Below are positions 20,055 through 28,865 of a stretch of 64,000 nucleotides of DNA, piece after piece. The notes below the pieces were generated by a model. It searched no databases and was not told where the DNA came from. It was given only the letters and a program-made list of their open reading frames with translations. The translations under genes and the position numbers were made by a program. This DNA is from a virus (lineage: Duplodnaviria > Caudoviricetes). The stretch is taken from positions 18,384-82,383 of the IMG/VR virus record IMGVR_UViG_3300029288_005871; one strand, 5' to 3'. Position 1 is the stretch's first letter. Every line of letters starts with the position of its first letter.

Positions 20055-20660
20055 CTATTCTGCTTCCCAATCAAGTTGTTTTCCTTCAGACAGATAAAAT
20101 GGCTTTTTTATCTTGTCTTTCCAATCCCAGTTTGTCTCTTTTTTCCTAAAGCTTTTTAAAACCACTTTCTCAGTCACTTCATCCAAAAGGTTCTCCCTCA
20201 TTACCTCATCAGTGAACAAAAAATCATATTCTATTCCTTCAATAGTGCAACGGATCGGGTCAAACACATCAAGCCTGATTAACATTTCTTTTTTATGGTT
20301 AGTAACAACGGACAATAACCAGTTATCCTGTGGCTGTTCCGTATCAAAATCCTCAATAGTTCTAACATCAATATTACTCCAGAAAGTTTCCATTCCCCCA
20401 TGGCTATGCCACCATAGCTTCCAGTCAGACGGGCTTTCTCCATTTTTGATCAACTCATCATAAAACTTTGATAATGCCCGTTTATCCAAAACAGTATTGG
20501 CATAAGAAACCTCCTGGTTAAAGATTTTTATATCCTCAACAATTATGGTTTCTTCTTCCTTATTCAACCTAATTTTACCCAAACCACTAATCTCATACCT
20601 TACGGCTTCAACATAAATCCTGAATTTCTGGTATTCCCTAATGTTAAAAAGCAGTTTCAT
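20055..20660 (-). CDS. JAB/MPN metallo-isopeptidase
   Basis: EISGLG and WWHSHGGMETFWSNID (E...HxH...S..D). Confidence 0.85.
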   Translation of the reverse strand: MKLLFNIREYQKFRIYVEAVRYEISGLGKIRLNKEEETIIVEDIKIFNQEVSYANTVLDKRALSKFYDELIKNGESPSDWKLWWHSHGGMETFWSNIDVRTIEDFDTEQPQDNWLLSVVTNHKKEMLIRLDVFDPIRCTIEGIEYDFLFTDEVMRENLLDEVTEKVVLKSFRKKETNWDWKDKIKKPFYLSEGKQLDWEAE

Positions 20661-22014
20661 GATTATTTTCTAAAGCAGGGGTTCCTGCCTCTGTTATAAA
20701 TGAACGAATTCTTCTGGCTCTTAATATCCTTCTTAACCTGTAACTTCCTCCTGACATTTGCCTCTGGAATTCCTCCCAACTTACCGTTTCAAAATCAGTC
20801 CTGTTTAAAAATACTTTATCTAATTGGCCACCAACTCTGGCTAAATACATTTCTCCATGATCCCTTGTTACAACCAGATTTATTTCCTCAATTAGCCTTT
20901 CACCTTCAGGCATACATAACCTTAAATAATGTTCTGATGAAAAATTAGTCAAACCAAATCCCCTGAAAGTGTCAAATAATTCAGCTCTAGTTTCATCATA
21001 TCTGACATTAGACGGAGGCAAAGTCGAAGTCAACCAATTACTAACAGAATAACTTCCACCTCCACCTCCACCTCCAATAGAACTAAAAGTTTCTTCTAAA
21101 CTTGAAGAAGTTAATCTATCACTTGTTGATTGGATAGTACTCGTTGATACTGATGGAGATGTAGAAACTCCTGACATAGAAATTGATATTAACCTTGCCT
21201 CTCCCATTGTACCTATTTTATTTCCTTTTTCATCTTGGTCATATCTTTCAAAACAGTAATTATCAGGCTGTCTTTTAGCGTGTTTAAAAAAATCACCCCA
21301 GCTTTTTACATAACCGGCATCAATATTCGGGCTGGAGATATAATCTATCAGGTCAACAATCAGTTCATAATAATCCTTTTCCTTAAACTCCTTATCAATA
21401 TCATTTTTCAAGTTTCCCCAGCAAGGATGAGTATTATTGATTGTCGGACTGTCATAACCACCATCATGACGCTTGGTAATATTTAAAATTTCAATTCCTT
21501 GGTCAAAACTACTTTTAGAAAAATCTATACGTATCTGGAAAACTCCTAATTCTTTTGCCCTTAACCATTTATCGGCTTTTACTTTTATCAATCTGGTAGT
21601 CACAACCAACCTTTTTTTAGTATCAACTTCTATCTTTTCCACCAAAGTGTTCAGTTTTAACTGAGTAATTAATTTTCTATGTTCCTCTACTAATTCCGAA
21701 CGCTTGGTTTGCATCAGCTTTTTATATTTTTCTTCCAGTTGGCCTTTAGTCTTAGCTATAGTCTTTAACTTTTTATCCAATTCCTCCATTTCTTTACCTT
21801 GCCTGTCAACCTTATCCTTTATTTCTCCAGCCCTTTTCTTGGAAAAATCAGTTATCAGCTTAACTACCTTCTCTTCACCATTACCCTTACCCTGCTGAGT
21901 AGTTTTTTTACCTTTTGCCTCAGCAGGGGGGTTAGCTAACCCTGTATAATTTTCAGGATTACCATTAGTTAAAACTTCATTAATTTTTTGATAAAAACCC
22001 GCAATTGCCGCCAT
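20644..22014 (-). CDS. prokaryotic E2-like protein with N-terminal coiled coil and Ser/Gly linker
   Basis: LGVFQIRID...PTINNTHPCWGNL resembles the prokaryotic E2 HP..CxGN active site; lies between Ubl and JAB. Confidence 0.65.
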   Translation of the reverse strand: MAAIAGFYQKINEVLTNGNPENYTGLANPPAEAKGKKTTQQGKGNGEEKVVKLITDFSKKRAGEIKDKVDRQGKEMEELDKKLKTIAKTKGQLEEKYKKLMQTKRSELVEEHRKLITQLKLNTLVEKIEVDTKKRLVVTTRLIKVKADKWLRAKELGVFQIRIDFSKSSFDQGIEILNITKRHDGGYDSPTINNTHPCWGNLKNDIDKEFKEKDYYELIVDLIDYISSPNIDAGYVKSWGDFFKHAKRQPDNYCFERYDQDEKGNKIGTMGEARLISISMSGVSTSPSVSTSTIQSTSDRLTSSSLEETFSSIGGGGGGGSYSVSNWLTSTLPPSNVRYDETRAELFDTFRGFGLTNFSSEHYLRLCMPEGERLIEEINLVVTRDHGEMYLARVGGQLDKVFLNRTDFETVSWEEFQRQMSGGSYRLRRILRARRIRSFITEAGTPALENNHETAF

Positions 22015-22015
22015 A

Positions 22016-22483
22016 TTATTTTCTTAAAACATCTCTTTTACCATGACAACGAAGACAAAGAGTTAATAATTCATCTTCTTTATGTTCAGGATTTTTTGAA
22101 TTTCTCCCTTTATAGTTAAGATGATGAACCGTAATATCTACTCCATAGAATATTTTATGTCTTTCTCTGGTCAATCCACAATCTCTACATTTTTCTCTAT
22201 CACGTTGAATTACTTTTTCTCTAATTCCTCCAAATCTAGTTGTATGGTTATATTTAGTTCTTTTAGAAATCTCAGTATAAGGTTTAAGATTTTTTAATCT
22301 CCTTTGTTCTCGCCATCGTCTTTGTTGTTCATATCTTTCTACTCTAGTCCTTAGTTCATATTCCTTTTGTCGTAAAAGAATCCATTCTCTATTTTCTTGG
22401 TGATATTTCTTTTGATGAACAAGTATCCTTTTTTTATTTTTTAAATACCACTGTTTAAAATATTCCTTTCTATCAGAAGTCAT
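22016..22483 (-). CDS. HNH endonuclease
   Basis: CRDC...VHHL...N...LCLRCH. Confidence 0.85.
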   Translation of the reverse strand: MTSDRKEYFKQWYLKNKKRILVHQKKYHQENREWILLRQKEYELRTRVERYEQQRRWREQRRLKNLKPYTEISKRTKYNHTTRFGGIREKVIQRDREKCRDCGLTRERHKIFYGVDITVHHLNYKGRNSKNPEHKEDELLTLCLRCHGKRDVLRK

Positions 22484-22505
22484 AAATACATTATATCACA
22501 TGAGT

Positions 22506-22748
22506 TCAACATTCTTGACCGCCTTCAATATTTTTTACGAGGACTATCCTGTCACCATCTTCCAACTCATAACCCAAATCATCAATCTCTTCACCATTGA
22601 CATTTATTTCTTCTGATTCTTTTTTAGAGATACCAGCTGCCCTTAAAGCTTCTTCGACACTTCTGCTGCCATTCAAAGCCACTTCCTGTACTTTAGAACC
22701 GGAACGGGCAACTTTAACTATAATTTGTCCAGATTTTTTCTTAGCCAC
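22506..22748 (-). CDS. ubiquitin-like (beta-grasp) protein
   Basis: RBS AGGAGGAGGTGA, GTG start; VNGE...LEDGDRIVLV..IEGG followed by QEC. Confidence 0.85.
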   Translation of the reverse strand: MAKKKSGQIIVKVARSGSKVQEVALNGSRSVEEALRAAGISKKESEEINVNGEEIDDLGYELEDGDRIVLVKNIEGGQEC

Positions 22749-22763
22749 TATAATCACCTCCTC

Positions 22764-23426
22764 CTAAACCATCATTAAATTAGTAATATCAAAGATGATG
22801 TCAAACTTTGTTGACTCTTTTTTAGCATACTTTTTTACCACGCTCGCCACTAATCCACCACAGATAAAAGTGTTATAAACAATAGACCTTGCCGTACAAG
22901 GTTCCTTATGGACATTTAAAGACAGCTTACTGTCATAATGAAGAATTGAGTTCTTATCATGAGGATTAACAACCAATATCCGCAAAAGTTCCCCACCCAT
23001 CCTGGCATCTATGTAGCAATCAAACTTCTTGTTTTCCATAATTAACCGCCAGATTTCTATCCTTTCCTCCATTGAATCTACCGCACAAATTAGCACAGAC
23101 GAATGACTATATCCATTTTTTAAAAAATCCTGGAATTTTTTATTTACCTGTTTTATTTCTACCCCGATATTCTCCTTGATATTTTCAGCTAATGCTTTTA
23201 CCTTATCCTGTCCAACTTGATCAATCTTATAGAACTGTGAAGCGACATTATGGATAGAAACCTTGTCAAAATCTATCACTGTCAAATCAGTACATCCCAT
23301 CTTGGCAAGAGCTAAAGTTGTAAAACTTCCTATCCCTCCTGCCCCGATTATAGATATAGGAAAACCTAAATCTTTTTGGCTGACTAAATCCGTCTGTCTT
23401 TTAAAGATATCTTTAACTTTAAACAT
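22764..23426 (-). CDS. E1-like ThiF/MoeB adenylyltransferase
   Basis: IIGAGGIGS, DFDKVSIHNVASQ, IDARMGG, EPCTAR candidate catalytic Cys. Confidence 0.9.
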   Translation of the reverse strand: MFKVKDIFKRQTDLVSQKDLGFPISIIGAGGIGSFTTLALAKMGCTDLTVIDFDKVSIHNVASQFYKIDQVGQDKVKALAENIKENIGVEIKQVNKKFQDFLKNGYSHSSVLICAVDSMEERIEIWRLIMENKKFDCYIDARMGGELLRILVVNPHDKNSILHYDSKLSLNVHKEPCTARSIVYNTFICGGLVASVVKKYAKKESTKFDIIFDITNLMMV

Positions 23427-23436
23427 GCTACCTTTA

Positions 23437-23465
23437 ATTATATAAATTTATTTATTTGTTGTCAA
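23437..23465 (-). promoter_or_regulatory. consensus sigma70 promoter of the E1-Ubl-E2-JAB operon
   Basis: TTGACA-N17-TATAAT ending 10 nt before the E1 ATG. Confidence 0.8.
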
Positions 23466-23492
23466 TAGCACAACATAAGTTATTACTATCTT

Positions 23493-24299
23493 TTAAGCTA
23501 AATCATCTTCGCTTATATAGTGTCCAAGATTATTTGCCTTGCTTCTTAGATCACTTCTGATAACTTCATTTTCTGGTAATATATGTATCCCGACAGGAGT
23601 TACTTTTATTCCCGTCTTTTCTATCCCTTCTATCTTTTTAGGGTTATTAGTTAAAAGCCTGATAGACTTAACACCTAGTTTTTCAAGCATTTCACCTGCT
23701 ACAGTAAAATCCCTACACTCGGAAGGAAAGCCCGCATTTTTATAGGCTTTGTCTGTATCTATTATTTCCCCTTTATCATCTTTTCTTTGCTCAATATGCC
23801 CGTCATTCCATGAAAACATACCATTAAGTTGTGCCAACTTACCTGCTATTCCTGTTCCCCTTCCCTCCTGCTCAAGATATAAAATTACTCCTCTGCCTTC
23901 TTTCTTTATCTGCTCCATACTCTCATGAAGTTCATCCCTGCACTCGCAGTTTATGGCATCATAGACCTCATTAGTCCTACAGGATGAGTGCATTCTTACT
24001 AATAAATCCTCACCATCGCCTATTGCACCATTATTAATATTTCCAAACACTAAAGCCTCATGATGTTCTCCCGTTGTCTTATCGCCATAAACGATATAAG
24101 TCCAGTCGCCATGTTTAGTAGGAAGTGGTGATCTGCCAAATTCCTCAATCATACTTTCTCCCTCTTTTTGAAATAGCAGTTTTGTGTGTTCTATTACCGC
24201 CCATTTATTGTACCATTCCTCTCGTCTTGTCCCCTGTATTCCTCTAAATGGATAAAAGTCTAATTCTTCTCTTGTCGGATAACTATTTACTCGCTCCAT
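23493..24299 (-). CDS. ribA: GTP cyclohydrolase II-like protein
   Basis: VRMHSSC...NCEC, LYLEQEGRG.G...K, IRLLTNNPKK. Confidence 0.85.
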   Translation of the reverse strand: MERVNSYPTREELDFYPFRGIQGTRREEWYNKWAVIEHTKLLFQKEGESMIEEFGRSPLPTKHGDWTYIVYGDKTTGEHHEALVFGNINNGAIGDGEDLLVRMHSSCRTNEVYDAINCECRDELHESMEQIKKEGRGVILYLEQEGRGTGIAGKLAQLNGMFSWNDGHIEQRKDDKGEIIDTDKAYKNAGFPSECRDFTVAGEMLEKLGVKSIRLLTNNPKKIEGIEKTGIKVTPVGIHILPENEVIRSDLRSKANNLGHYISEDDLA

Positions 24300-24347
24300 A
24301 TCACCTTTTAGTTTTTTTAATTTCTACTATTTTACCTATATTTCTAT

Positions 24348-24533
24348 TTACCTCTTTGCTTTTAATAGATTAGATATATCTTTTAAAGCTTTATTATAGC
24401 CACGTGGATACCGCTTTTCATCAGTCGTTCTTTTCTTATCAATCTTTTTCTTCATTTTTTCAACTTCCTCAATTAGACGTTGACGTTCTTGTTTTATCCC
24501 ATCATTTACCCCAGAATTATAACCTTTATACAT
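24348..24533 (-). CDS. hypothetical phage protein
   Basis: GYNKALKDI motif common in small phage proteins. Confidence 0.55.
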   Translation of the reverse strand: MYKGYNSGVNDGIKQERQRLIEEVEKMKKKIDKKRTTDEKRYPRGYNKALKDISNLLKAKR

Positions 24534-24534
24534 T

Positions 24535-24816
24535 TTATTCTCCTTTGGTTTTAATTTCTTCTAACAAATCAATAATCCTTAAATCCCATTTTAAATTACA
24601 TTCATTCCAACCATTATCATATTCTTGACTTGTAGTTTCTACTAAATCCACTTCTAAACTATCTAATTTTTCATTGATTTCATCTATCCACTTCTCCCTC
24701 TCTTTGGTGAAAAGGGGTTGAATTTCTTTCCAAAAAGTATCCATATTTGGGTGAAATATCCAATTAGTCATTAAATATGCTTGAAATCTCTTTTTTTCCT
24801 CTTTAAGTGTTTTCAA
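24535..24816 (-). CDS. hypothetical phage protein
   Basis: GWNEC motif; ORF track. Confidence 0.6.
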   Translation of the reverse strand: MKTLKEEKKRFQAYLMTNWIFHPNMDTFWKEIQPLFTKEREKWIDEINEKLDSLEVDLVETTSQEYDNGWNECNLKWDLRIIDLLEEIKTKGE

Positions 24817-25160
24817 AGTTCCTCCTCTATAAAAATCCCTCTTTCCAAGTTTATATAATCAAATATCTTTCTTTTAATCCGGTAAACCTCAATTCCCCGA
24901 TACCCCTTGCAATCTATCACCCTCGTCTTTTGGTTCTCATTATCATAGAACATAAAATCAGCAATATAATTTATTTCCCTTATCTTCTTGCCGTTAAGCA
25001 TATAACCTTCCTGCAATCTAAACTTAGGTTGAAGCAATAAATCCTTGATCTTCCCGCACTTCTCAAGTATTTGTAAAGTTTGGTACATGCCCGCCTCTTT
25101 CCTTGAGTCAAACACCTTGCCTAGCTTTATGGTTGGTTGGTTATGGTATTTACTTCTCAT
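24813..25160 (-). CDS. DUF1064-like PD-(D/E)xK nuclease
   Basis: SKYHN, FDSRKEA, LQPKF.L, YIADF, IDCKG. Confidence 0.8.
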   Translation of the reverse strand: MRSKYHNQPTIKLGKVFDSRKEAGMYQTLQILEKCGKIKDLLLQPKFRLQEGYMLNGKKIREINYIADFMFYDNENQKTRVIDCKGYRGIEVYRIKRKIFDYINLERGIFIEEEL

Positions 25161-25368
25161 CTACTTCCCTAAACTCCATCACTACCTCAAATGTCTTTTT
25201 ACAACCATCACACTTGACCTCATCGCCAACGCTTACGAACAAAGGCACCTCGTCATCCTCATAGTCGCAATTGGGGCAAATGAAAAGTAGTCTATCGGAC
25301 ATAAATTTCTCCTAAAGCTATGGCTAAACAGATTAAAAATAATAAAATGGCTAAAAAGAATAGCTTGT

Positions 25369-26409
25369 TCATGTTTCCCTCTTAAATTCTGGCATTTCCT
25401 CAAGATTGTAGTACCATAAAAGGGCATCTTTGGCATTCATACAATCTGGATGAACAGGGATATAATATTCCCTTTTAGTTGACGCATCCCGCATTTTTAA
25501 ATATTTATGTACTCTATCAGGATCATTCTCACCCATATCCAGTCCATAAAGAGTATATTTGTTATATTCTTTATCCCCTGAAGCAAAGCTATCTATCTCT
25601 TTTCCTTTTAAAACTTTCATAAACCTATCACCCATCCGTTCCACAATCACCCTTCTTACCTCAGCATTTTCCTCTTTGGAAAAGTCTTTATATGTTAGCT
25701 TTTCAGGCTTCTCAATTACCTTTTGGGGAACAACTGTCCCATGCCAATACCAACTCTTTTTATCTCCCCAGATAAGAGCCGGTTCTTTATCGTTATGCAG
25801 ATGTTTTTCACTATCTATGGTTATTTTTGGAAAGGGAATAGCATACATAGTCGTTGAAGATAGCCATAAATAACCCACACCTGACTTTATGCACTTATCA
25901 AGTACCTTTATGGTTTTTATCCGTTTTTTTATTATTGGCAGGTTTTTATAGAAATAGCCTACAAAGACAGGCCAGATAAATTCAAAGTATTCCCATGTTT
26001 CGCTCCCAAGATTGCTCCTAAGATCGCTCCTAAGATCGCTCCCAAGATTGCTCCTAAGATCGCTCCCAAGATTGCTCCTAAGATCGCTCCAAAGATTGCT
26101 CCAAAGATCGCTCCTAAGATCGCTCCCAAGATCGCTCCCAAGATCGCTCCCAAGATCGCTCCAAAGATCGCTCCCAAGATTGCTCCTAAGATTGCTCCTA
26201 AGATTGCTCCTAAGATTGCTCCTAAGATCGCTCCAAAGATTGCTCCCATTTTCATATAAAACAACCTTCCTTTTAGTCGGTAAGAATTGGTTTAATTCTT
26301 CTAAGGCTTTTTTCATTAAAGTTTTACTCTGTTTCTTAGTCCGCCAGCCTAAAAGGATTTTTAAATACCCTTGTAAGAATTTTTGTCTATTTTCTTTAGT
26401 ATTTCTCAT
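25369..26409 (-). CDS. DUF6745-like phage protein with LxS[DN] tetrapeptide repeats
   Basis: LHNDKEPALIW, W.G..VP, ENAEVRRVI, LKMRDAST.REY...V.P. Confidence 0.7.
   Translation of the reverse strand: MRNTKENRQKFLQGYLKILLGWRTKKQSKTLMKKALEELNQFLPTKRKVVLYENGSNLWSDLRSNLRSNLRSNLRSNLGSDLWSDLGSDLGSDLGSDLRSDLWSNLWSDLRSNLGSDLRSNLGSDLRSDLRSNLGSETWEYFEFIWPVFVGYFYKNLPIIKKRIKTIKVLDKCIKSGVGYLWLSSTTMYAIPFPKITIDSEKHLHNDKEPALIWGDKKSWYWHGTVVPQKVIEKPEKLTYKDFSKEENAEVRRVIVERMGDRFMKVLKGKEIDSFASGDKEYNKYTLYGLDMGENDPDRVHKYLKMRDASTKREYYIPVHPDCMNAKDALLWYYNLEEMPEFKRET
26000..26248. repeat. 12-bp tandem repeat, about 20 units (AGAT[CT]GCTCC..)
   Basis: Directly visible; encodes LRSN/LGSD/LWSD. Confidence 0.95.
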
Positions 26410-26410
26410 A

Positions 26411-26704
26411 TTAATCCCTCACCTCTCTAGCTTTTTTAGCCGTATAATCGTATTCCCTCGTTCTTAAAACCGCATAAGTGCCCTTGTCTAAATCTATGCT
26501 TTTATGCTCCTCATGACTTAGTTTCCCCTTATTGGCAACGGTAAAATAGATTGCCTCACCGACTTTAAAAACTTCCCCACCCATTATCCTGTGACTATGG
26601 TTAGTCACTTCCCCATAAACCAAAATATTTCCTTCCTGCCTAATGGCATTCTCTAGCAGTTTGTCAATTGATTTAATTAAAAGATCCCCATGACGTATTA
26701 TCAT
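26411..26704 (-). CDS. RHGD-motif protein, usual partner of DUF6745-like genes
   Basis: MIIRHGDL, GEVTNHSH, HEEH...L..G.Y...R.REYD. Confidence 0.75.
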   Translation of the reverse strand: MIIRHGDLLIKSIDKLLENAIRQEGNILVYGEVTNHSHRIMGGEVFKVGEAIYFTVANKGKLSHEEHKSIDLDKGTYAVLRTREYDYTAKKAREVRD

Positions 26705-26786
26705 ATATCCTCCTTTAAATTTTTATAATTTTTCTATCTCCTCATCCCTTAGACCTAAAATTCTTCTAAGCCTAAGAGTCAAGAGA

Positions 26787-27041
26787 CTACCACCAACCGC
26801 CTCTTGGGGGTACAGGAGTTGCCCAAGGTTTCTCAGGTTGACTTGGCTTAGGTGTCGCCCAAGGCTTGGGAGTAGCACTTGGTTTAGGCGGTACACTTGG
26901 TTTAGGAGTTGCACTCGGCCTCATCACAACTGGTGGTTTTGGAGGAACTGGTGGCTTAGGCCAAGTAAAAGCAAAACCTACTGTCGCTGTTAAAAAAACT
27001 AAACTTACCAAAGTAACTAAACTTATCATCAATTTTTTCAT
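26787..27041 (-). CDS. secreted Pro-rich repeat protein
   Basis: Signal peptide (..VGFA) plus KPSATP/KPWATP repeats. Confidence 0.7.
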   Translation of the reverse strand: MKKLMISLVTLVSLVFLTATVGFAFTWPKPPVPPKPPVVMRPSATPKPSVPPKPSATPKPWATPKPSQPEKPWATPVPPRGGWW

Positions 27042-27121
27042 TATTAATTCACCTCCTTATTAGCCAACATAATTTTTCTAGGCAAGGTTATAACTTAATA
27101 TAACCCTGCGTACAAAAATTA

Positions 27122-27871
27122 TTAAGGATCAATACGGTCACTTAATGTCGCACAATCTTTACCGTTGAAACGCCATAACTGTACCCAGAGCGTTGCCCCT
27201 GGATTTAAACCAAAAATAGTCACTTGGTTTACTTCCTTTGACAAATACGGAATACCATAAGGCAAATTATCCTTTTCATATCCGTAAGTAATAGCCCAAT
27301 GAGTAGTATTCGTATCGTTCTCATTCCAATTTACCTGTACTGCGTCTGAACTTACCCTTTTATAGGTAAAAGATGGTTTTGCCGGTAATGCTACCGTACA
27401 GACACTCGGCTGGTAAGATGGATTGTAATTTACGTCTGGGGACCAACTGCATTCGTGTCCGGTTGCCTGTCGGCATTGTTCATCTGTTGGCGGAACCGAT
27501 GTAACTGTCGGCTCAACTATGGTTGGAATCGGAGTCGGAGAATTAGTAACTGTTGGAATCGGACAGTCCCATTCCCATTTTATACACTTTTTTTCTTCCT
27601 TAGTGCATTTCCAGCCATATTTGACACATACCTTGTAATCACTCCATTTAGTGCATTTGCCCTTTTTATCATATTTAAGGCAAATATAATCCTCTTTTTC
27701 ACAGACTGGTTCCCATTTCTTACAGACTGTCTTCCAGTCCTGACAGATCTTTTTACAACCCGTATGGTCTTCCTGCGCACTTGCCGAGGTAAATTTTAAA
27801 GAAAGCAAGGAAAGCAACAAAACACCTGCTATTAAAAATACTAAAAAAATTATCTTTTTAATATTTATCAC
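27122..27871 (-). CDS. exported Cys-rich protein with P/T linker and FN3-like C-terminus
   Basis: Signal/TM, CxxW repeats, PTVTNSPTP, V.V.W...WAITYG. Confidence 0.7.
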   Translation of the reverse strand: MINIKKIIFLVFLIAGVLLLSLLSLKFTSASAQEDHTGCKKICQDWKTVCKKWEPVCEKEDYICLKYDKKGKCTKWSDYKVCVKYGWKCTKEEKKCIKWEWDCPIPTVTNSPTPIPTIVEPTVTSVPPTDEQCRQATGHECSWSPDVNYNPSYQPSVCTVALPAKPSFTYKRVSSDAVQVNWNENDTNTTHWAITYGYEKDNLPYGIPYLSKEVNQVTIFGLNPGATLWVQLWRFNGKDCATLSDRIDP

Positions 27872-27891
27872 CTCCGATCATTAATATATTT

Positions 27892-28395
27892 TTATACGCT
27901 TTGAAACTTCTTTTTTAAATTATCAACCCAGTTACTGTTTTTAATCTCTTCCAACAAATCGTTGTATTTTCCTCTTTCCTCTCCTACCCGTCTGTCAACT
28001 TCATAAGATACCACATTTTCAATTGCTGCCTGTAATGATTTCATCGCTTCTTCAAGTCCTTTATAAACATCTACTTTCTGTTCCAATTTATTTTCTATAT
28101 CTGCATAAGTCTTTTCACTATTTCTTTTAAGATAGTCTGTTTTTCCAATCGGCTTGCTTATCTTCTGATAATAAGCCACTATTTTCTCTTTCCATACCTT
28201 TGACATGTCATAAGCTTTTAAAGTCCTTTTCACTTTTTCAACATTCTCTTTATTCATTAAACCGTTTAATATCCTAATCCTGCCATAAGCATCATCATGC
28301 CCTGTTTTTTCTTCAATTTCTTTAACTGTTGCTCCAAAATTATATAGATTTAAAAAAATATCTATTTCTTCTTCTGTCCAATGTCTACCTAGCAT
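27892..28395 (-). CDS. HTH + coiled-coil protein
   Basis: WTEEE...G.T..EI...TG; RBS GGAGGTGA. Confidence 0.6.
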   Translation of the reverse strand: MLGRHWTEEEIDIFLNLYNFGATVKEIEEKTGHDDAYGRIRILNGLMNKENVEKVKRTLKAYDMSKVWKEKIVAYYQKISKPIGKTDYLKRNSEKTYADIENKLEQKVDVYKGLEEAMKSLQAAIENVVSYEVDRRVGEERGKYNDLLEEIKNSNWVDNLKKKFQSV

Positions 28396-28865
28396 TTTAA
28401 ATCACCTCCTTCTGTCTTCTTAAAAATCAAATAATTAAGTTTCGTATATTTTTTGCTTTATTTCTTATCTTTCGGTTTTCTAATATATCAATCTATCTCA
28501 AAAACTCTGTTTTTAAAAATCAGCCATGTTTTTTCTTTCTCCTAAACAGTTTTTCTGAATAGCCCCTGACTCAACATAATGACCCAGGAAGCCCGATACT
28601 GTTCTTTCCTTACCCATTAGTCATTTTATGCCTAGCATCTTTTTTTTACCCGTTTTTAATCTTTCCTCCCTGAATATATTGTTGTGATTATTATACCATT
28701 TATTTTCAGACAATGCAAGAGGTAATTATTTGAACAGCCACTTCTTAAAACTGGAACTTGACATGCTATCGTAATTTTTCCTGAAACTTCTGGCATACTT
28801 GACTACCTTTAAGAAGTTTATGGCTTTTTCTTTTTCTTCTTTTACCTTACCGCTTTTGGAAAGTT

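Noticed and set aside
25985-26002. Self-target of the first clean TIGR unit (14/18 match, 12 contiguous)
   Set aside because: Both ends mismatch, and such a match is plausible by chance in 64 kb of AT-rich DNA. I could not do an exhaustive self-target search by eye.
25959-26467. Plus-strand ORFs 25959..26264 and 26012..26467
   Set aside because: Antisense shadows of the 12-bp tandem repeat.
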